From Oculatellaceae cyanobacterium bins.114 (GTDB taxonomy: Bacteria; Cyanobacteriota; Cyanobacteriia; Elainellales; Elainellaceae): DNA of 64,000 bases. The stretch covers positions 1-64,000 of the forward strand of contig JANRJA010000242.1 in assembly GCA_033764315.1 (NCBI GenBank), given 5' to 3'. Shown in pieces: positions 59,567 to 64,000 of the stretch. The notes below the pieces were generated by a model. The model was given only the letters and a program-made list of their open reading frames with translations, was not told the DNA's origin and did no database searches. Positions within the stretch are counted from its first letter, which is position 1, and the number at the start of each line of letters is the position of its first letter. The position numbers and the translations under genes were made by a program.

Positions 59567-59800
59567 ATGACAAACTTCCTCGTCTCACTCATCGTCGCCT
59601 TTTGGATCAGTGCGATCGCCCTACTCTCAGTCCAAAATGCGGCTCCTGTTACCCTCCGGTTTCTCACCTTTCAGTCGGTGCAAATGCCACTAGGCATTGT
59701 CGTTGCCTTTGGGGCAGCGTTTGGCACGGTTGGCATGGCTCTCGTATTACCGTCACTCAAGCCCAGTCGTTCTACTCAACGAGAAGATTTTGAGGAGTAG
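59567..59800 (+). CDS. Small membrane protein, LapA/DUF1049-like
   Basis: SVQNAAPVTLRFL...MPLG with two hydrophobic segments. Confidence 0.75.
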   Translation: MTNFLVSLIVAFWISAIALLSVQNAAPVTLRFLTFQSVQMPLGIVVAFGAAFGTVGMALVLPSLKPSRSTQREDFEE

Positions 59801-59802
59801 TT

Positions 59803-59871
59803 AACGCGAATTCGAGACCAGAATTTTGGTGTTTAAACCCGCAAACTTCAGCGTAATACCAGATTGACGTT
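59803..59871. mobile_element. Short internally deleted relative of the AACGT...ACGTT MITE
   Basis: Ends AACGCGAATTCG and GATTGACGTT match the 46599-46763 termini in reverse orientation. Confidence 0.55.
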
Positions 59872-59873
59872 AG

Positions 59874-60842
59874 TTATAACGAATAAATTCGCCCATCGAT
59901 TAACAAACGAGTAATTCCCTTAGCTTGCAGATAGGAACTGGTTTTTTGCAACATCTTGCCATCTGGCACTTTCACCACCCGCTGCATGCGGCGTAAGAAC
60001 CGCTTTGCAACCCGATGGTTGTCAAAAATAGGTAACGTCTTCTCCTGAGTCTCTTCATCGGGGATCTGCCCCAACTCCGCAAAATCTTTGAGCGGACGAG
60101 TGATCAGTTCAGAAGCGCGATCGACGACGAGATAAAAGGTTTTAGGAATCGATGCCTCTGACAAAGGCAACACTTGAATTAACCCCTCACTTTGAACCTG
60201 CAACGCTGCAACTTCACCTAACCCTCCCTCAAGAGAGTCTTCATCATCCAGATCGTCGTCCTCATCTTCGTCGTCCAGGTCGTCATCCTCTAGATCATCT
60301 TCAAAATCCTCTTCGGGATCAATAATCTCTTCTTCCAAAATTTCCTGGAGAGGGCTTTCTGCAACAAAGGAAGTTTCAACCACTTCAGGTGGGGCTGGGG
60401 GAGGAGGCTCAACCAACTCTAACGGCAACTGAGCCTGAGTGACGGGTTCATCAGAGAGCGTCGTTGCAACCGTCGAGCGTTTGCGTTGACGGCGAAAGGG
60501 AGTACTTTGAGTCGAAGGCAAGTCCACAGGTGAAACGTCTGTCTCATTCACTGAGACAATGACCTGATTAGAGGAAGCCGACTCGGTTAAGGGAGTGTCG
60601 AGGTCTAATGGCAGAGTATCATCTGACGCTCCAGAAACCTCTCCACCACTTTTGCCCGTGATCCGCTTTTGCTGAATCAGGGATTCATATTCATCATCCG
60701 ATAAGGTTTGCTTCAGAATTCGGCTAATCGTCGTATTACTCACCCCATATCGACTGGCCAGGGTAGATGTCGTCTCCTGGGTTTCGCGATAGAGCGTAAG
60801 AATCTCTTGTTTATCGGAATCAGATAGTCTTTTAGGAGCCAT
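59874..60842 (-). CDS. Conserved cyanobacterial protein with an N-terminal HTH and an acidic linker
   Basis: KRLSDSDKQEIL..LASRYGVSNTTISRILK; D/E tract; YLVVDRASELI..PL..F, LPIFDNHRVAKRF. Confidence 0.75.
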   Translation of the reverse strand: MAPKRLSDSDKQEILTLYRETQETTSTLASRYGVSNTTISRILKQTLSDDEYESLIQQKRITGKSGGEVSGASDDTLPLDLDTPLTESASSNQVIVSVNETDVSPVDLPSTQSTPFRRQRKRSTVATTLSDEPVTQAQLPLELVEPPPPAPPEVVETSFVAESPLQEILEEEIIDPEEDFEDDLEDDDLDDEDEDDDLDDEDSLEGGLGEVAALQVQSEGLIQVLPLSEASIPKTFYLVVDRASELITRPLKDFAELGQIPDEETQEKTLPIFDNHRVAKRFLRRMQRVVKVPDGKMLQKTSSYLQAKGITRLLIDGRIYSL

Positions 60843-60987
60843 ACCGCGAACTAGAAACAATCAGTAATCGCCACAGCGAATGAATCTGCCACCCAGGAGA
60901 GTTAACTCAATATCATTCGCTTTGCCAGAGATCTATTCTGGCAGGTTAGAGAGCCGCAATCAATCTAACGCTTAATCGAGTTAATTG

Positions 60988-62016
60988 TCAGCCTCTGCGA
61001 CGACTGGTGCGACGAGAACGAGTTGATAGGTCATATTCCAAAGCGGCCCCAATCGCAAATAGACAAGCACTAAAGATAAAGAACACTTCAGGAAGTGCCC
61101 CCGTCTGATAGTCCTCAATATTGTAGACCGCGTAGAGAAACCACAAATCAGCAATATAGAAGCACAGAGCCGCCGCCGCAATAAATCGCCAAGAGAGCGA
61201 AAATCGCCCTCCCCAAAACGCCAATAACAGGGTCGTTGCCATGACCACCAGTGAAATGTCACCAACAACATAGAATAACAACACAACTGAGGCAAAGGGG
61301 GCTAAAAACTCTTCAATGGCGATCGCCCAAGCGGGAGAATTATCAGGTTCTTCAGCAGGAACAGCGTCCGCAGGAGCGGCTTCAACAGGGGCAGGGGCCA
61401 CCGGAGGAGCAGCCACCGGAGGAGCAGCCACCGGAGGCGACGAAGAAGACGCAGGGGGTGGGGAGGCAAAGGCAGGTTGTTCTAAGGGAGGTACACTGCC
61501 TAACGCGGCTGACGGCTTTAAAACCAGGAAATAGGCAAGGGCAACACTGCCCACTAAAATGCCCAGCACAATGACCCATTGAGGTGGGGTGAGGGTCAAT
61601 TGTCTCGACAACACCGCTAGCAGCATCCCCCAACCCAACAACACATAAGTCAAGAGGAAGAAAAAGTCACCAGGAGTCACATCTGGCTCTTTTCCTAACC
61701 CTAATTCCCAATATCCCAAAACCAGGTTTCCCACAAAGTAGGAAAGCATACCTAAGCCAATTAACAACCAGACCGATCGTCCGCTGACAATTTGGGGACT
61801 GCGCCAATTGCGGAGACAGAGCAACGAGGCTCCTAAAAATGCCACATTCTCAAGAATGTAGGTCGTGATGCCATACCACTCAGGACGCTCTTGCCCTGGC
61901 AATGGAACGCTGAATAACAGAAAAAACAGGAGGGCAAAAATTGCCCACGCGCTGGCGGCGAGGACAAGCGTTTGCACAGATAGGAAAGACTCTAAGGAAG
62001 AGGTTTTTTTGCTCAA
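60988..62016 (-). CDS. Multi-pass membrane protein with a Pro/Ala-rich loop
   Basis: About eight transmembrane segments; VAAPP repeats; FWGGRFSLSW. Confidence 0.75.
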   Translation of the reverse strand: MSKKTSSLESFLSVQTLVLAASAWAIFALLFFLLFSVPLPGQERPEWYGITTYILENVAFLGASLLCLRNWRSPQIVSGRSVWLLIGLGMLSYFVGNLVLGYWELGLGKEPDVTPGDFFFLLTYVLLGWGMLLAVLSRQLTLTPPQWVIVLGILVGSVALAYFLVLKPSAALGSVPPLEQPAFASPPPASSSSPPVAAPPVAAPPVAPAPVEAAPADAVPAEEPDNSPAWAIAIEEFLAPFASVVLLFYVVGDISLVVMATTLLLAFWGGRFSLSWRFIAAAALCFYIADLWFLYAVYNIEDYQTGALPEVFFIFSACLFAIGAALEYDLSTRSRRTSRRRG

Positions 62017-62237
62017 CGGGGCTGCTCCTCAAAGTGTAATTGAGGTCAAATAATAAATTTAGAGGCAGAACCTAGCCGGTAACAGCCTCAAATCGTCTAC
62101 AGTCCTCAATATTACGTCTGTTCGACAAATATGCATATTAAGCATTGCATATTAAGACAAATTGAGACTGAGTGATCAATTTTATAGATCAAATTTATAG
62201 ATCAAAAAATTTGGTCTAATTTCTCAGGGGGTCTGGC

Positions 62238-62915
62238 TCAGGCTTGCCAGACCTTACCCGTGGGAGATTGTTTTAACCACGTGACAAACTGGTTGCGATC
62301 GCCACTGGGCATATCTTGCAATACATCCATCACACGTCCCGTAAAGCTGGCATTGCCAAAATGCTGTTTACCGATTCGATACAACTCCTGCAACAGGGTA
62401 TTGAGATGATGCTCTTCCCAGGGGGGCACTTGCAACGAGGCTAACGGGTCAACCGTTAACAATTGACTAACCGCATCGGGGGTGTCAGCTTGAGGAAAAC
62501 GCCATTTTTGAAAGACGCCTTCAATCTCCTTCTGAAAGGAACCTGCCTGTCTTGATCCTAATAAATCTTCAATATCGATATAAACCGCCTGTAACAACAA
62601 CAGGCTCGCTTGAATAAAGGATGGAGTCGTAGTATCACCCGTCGCTTGGGGATCACCACCATCACCCGCCAATTGGTCAAGGCGAACCTTGCCCCAGACG
62701 CTATAACGGTCAGGCTCTTCGAGCAACACGCAAGCCTTGCCCCGGTTGTCGGTTAAATCACGCCAAAAAGCTTTGGCGTCATCTTCTTGAGCAGCACCAA
62801 ATACACTAATCAGACGAAAAGTCTGCCCCTGGTATTGGAGAATAGGAATCTGTTGATCCTTTTTGGGATGCTGCACACTTGTAATTTCAACATCCTGTCT
62901 CTTTAAGATAAACAT
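62238..62915 (-). CDS. Conserved cyanobacterial protein (Npun_F0813-like)
   Basis: MFILKRQDVEI, YQGQTFRL, AFWRDLTDNRGKACVLLEEPDRYSVW. Confidence 0.7.
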   Translation of the reverse strand: MFILKRQDVEITSVQHPKKDQQIPILQYQGQTFRLISVFGAAQEDDAKAFWRDLTDNRGKACVLLEEPDRYSVWGKVRLDQLAGDGGDPQATGDTTTPSFIQASLLLLQAVYIDIEDLLGSRQAGSFQKEIEGVFQKWRFPQADTPDAVSQLLTVDPLASLQVPPWEEHHLNTLLQELYRIGKQHFGNASFTGRVMDVLQDMPSGDRNQFVTWLKQSPTGKVWQA

Positions 62916-63264
62916 GACGCTGCCAATTAACTCCTATCAGGGCAGGGGGTTGAGCCAAACTGGGGATTTAGAATTCCCCTCCAACAAAATTGTTTCACTA
63001 AATGCCGAATTGGACTGCTCTTCAGTGTACATCTCTTGATAACTATCAGCTTCAAGGATGTCTAACAATACAGGAAAAAATCAGGAAAAACCGTTTCATT
63101 TGCTAATTCATGTCTAAGGGGAGTCAGCATAACACAATGTTGTACTTGTCCTGATACTATATATTGGTTCATGATGGGCATAAAAGCATATTGGTTTTTA
63201 TTCTTCCCATAAATTCTCAAGAGAGTTAACCTTTATCGTTTAGGTTACGCTTTTGATGCAATAG

Positions 63265-63338
63265 GCTCCAGTAGCTCAGCTGGATAGAGCATCTGCCTTC
63301 TAAGCAGATGGTCGCAGGTTCGAGTCCTGCCTGGGGCG
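63265..63338 (+). tRNA. tRNA-Arg(UCU)
   Basis: Acceptor GCTCCAG/CTGGGGC, D arm TAGCTCAGCTGGATAGAGC, anticodon arm TCTGC-CTTCTAA-GCAGA, T arm GCAGG-TTCGAGT-CCTGC; no encoded CCA. Confidence 0.97.
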
Positions 63339-63393
63339 TTCCTAAGCAATGTTTGCTTGGAGATTAGAGCTACAACCAGGGTGAACCATTGAT

Positions 63394-64000
63394 ATGATTG
63401 AAGTCCTCGCTGCCCTATCTCTGTCAGCAGCAGCAGGAGTAAGAATCGCCCTACCTCTGCTTTTGATTGGGCTGCTTTATAGCGACAATCTTTGGGCTAA
63501 TGTCCCTATTTTGTCTCAATTTTCTCCTCAGCTAGTATTAGGGGTTTTAGTCAGTTGGTCTTTGATCGAGTTGTTGATCTCTAAAGAGCCGGTCGGACAA
63601 CGGTTTTTACAAATTATTCAACTTTTTTTTAGTCCCATTGTTGGGGCGATCGCAGGTATTACTGTAGCGGTTACTGCCGAGTTAGAACCGTGGCTAACGG
63701 GTGTCTTAGGGATTGTCGGAGGGCTTTTAGCACTCGTCTTACAACTGGTGCAGGTGGGTTGGTTTTATCGGTTACAGCGAATGCCACTCTGGGCCATTTT
63801 TTTGCAAGATTTTTTATGTGTTTCGCTGGTGTTGTTTGCCTTGGATGCCCCCCGTCAGGGTGGACTAATTGCTCTGCTATTACTGTGGTTAGCCATTCGC
63901 AGCTCTAAAGAGTGGCAACGGTGGTATCAAGCTCAGGCTGGGGAAAACCATGATTCTCAAGGAAAAACGGCTTCGTCTCGTGCCCATCCTCGACAAGGCA
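63394..64000 (+). CDS. DUF4126-like membrane protein (runs off the window end)
   Basis: Read manually: MIEVLAALSLSAAAGVRIALPLLLIGLL...; absent from the ORF track, presumably because no stop codon falls inside the window. Confidence 0.7.
   Translation, partial: MIEVLAALSLSAAAGVRIALPLLLIGLLYSDNLWANVPILSQFSPQLVLGVLVSWSLIELLISKEPVGQRFLQIIQLFFSPIVGAIAGITVAVTAELEPWLTGVLGIVGGLLALVLQLVQVGWFYRLQRMPLWAIFLQDFLCVSLVLFALDAPRQGGLIALLLLWLAIRSSKEWQRWYQAQAGENHDSQGKTASSRAHPRQG

Noticed and set aside
59874-60842. HTH protein as a transposase
   Set aside because: No DDE or HUH catalytic domain or flanking terminal repeats are visible; it looks like a conserved chromosomal gene.
63265-63338. tRNA-Arg as an island integration site for the integrase
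   Set aside because: No duplicated tRNA 3' end was noticed in the window, and the integrase is IntI-type and 62 kb away.
1-64000. Abundant GCGATCGC octamers as a novel repeat
   Set aside because: This is the well-known cyanobacterial HIP1 sequence.

Overview
A chromosomal window from a cyanobacterium, probably a filamentous Leptolyngbya/Oculatella-like lineage. The phylum call rests on very dense HIP1 GCGATCGC octamers, chlI, pentapeptide proteins and Uma2/DUF29 genes; the genus is inference. In order, the window holds: (1) an integron-type integrase with a cyanobacterial LexA box and possible att remnants on both sides; (2) an XRE-cupin regulator divergent from a purU-soxBDAG(mgdABCD)-glxBCD(mgsABC) operon, i.e. 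an N-methylglutamate pathway for methylamine use, with no gmaS in the window and with G/C-rich palindromic elements inserted in frame in two subunits; (3) CheR-PAS and two pentapeptide proteins; (4) a 12-kb block of two convergent STAND/P-loop NTPase gene pairs with transmembrane WD40 proteins, one pair carrying a GGDEF output; (5) a MarR/GbsR-regulated MacAB-like ABC exporter, chlI, ruvC and two radical SAM genes; (6) a cadherin/CSPG-repeat surface protein with an inserted propeller; (7) a secreted protein with five 29-aa tandem repeats behind a promoter bracketed by perfect 15-bp inverted repeats; (8) an ethylene-receptor/insert-Cys cyanobacteriochrome hybrid kinase and its partner; (9) housekeeping genes and tRNA-Arg(UCU). 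Intergenic DNA contains many small, nested, modular non-autonomous repeats. No CRISPR array, rRNA or transposase gene was seen. All calls are by eye; no searches were run.
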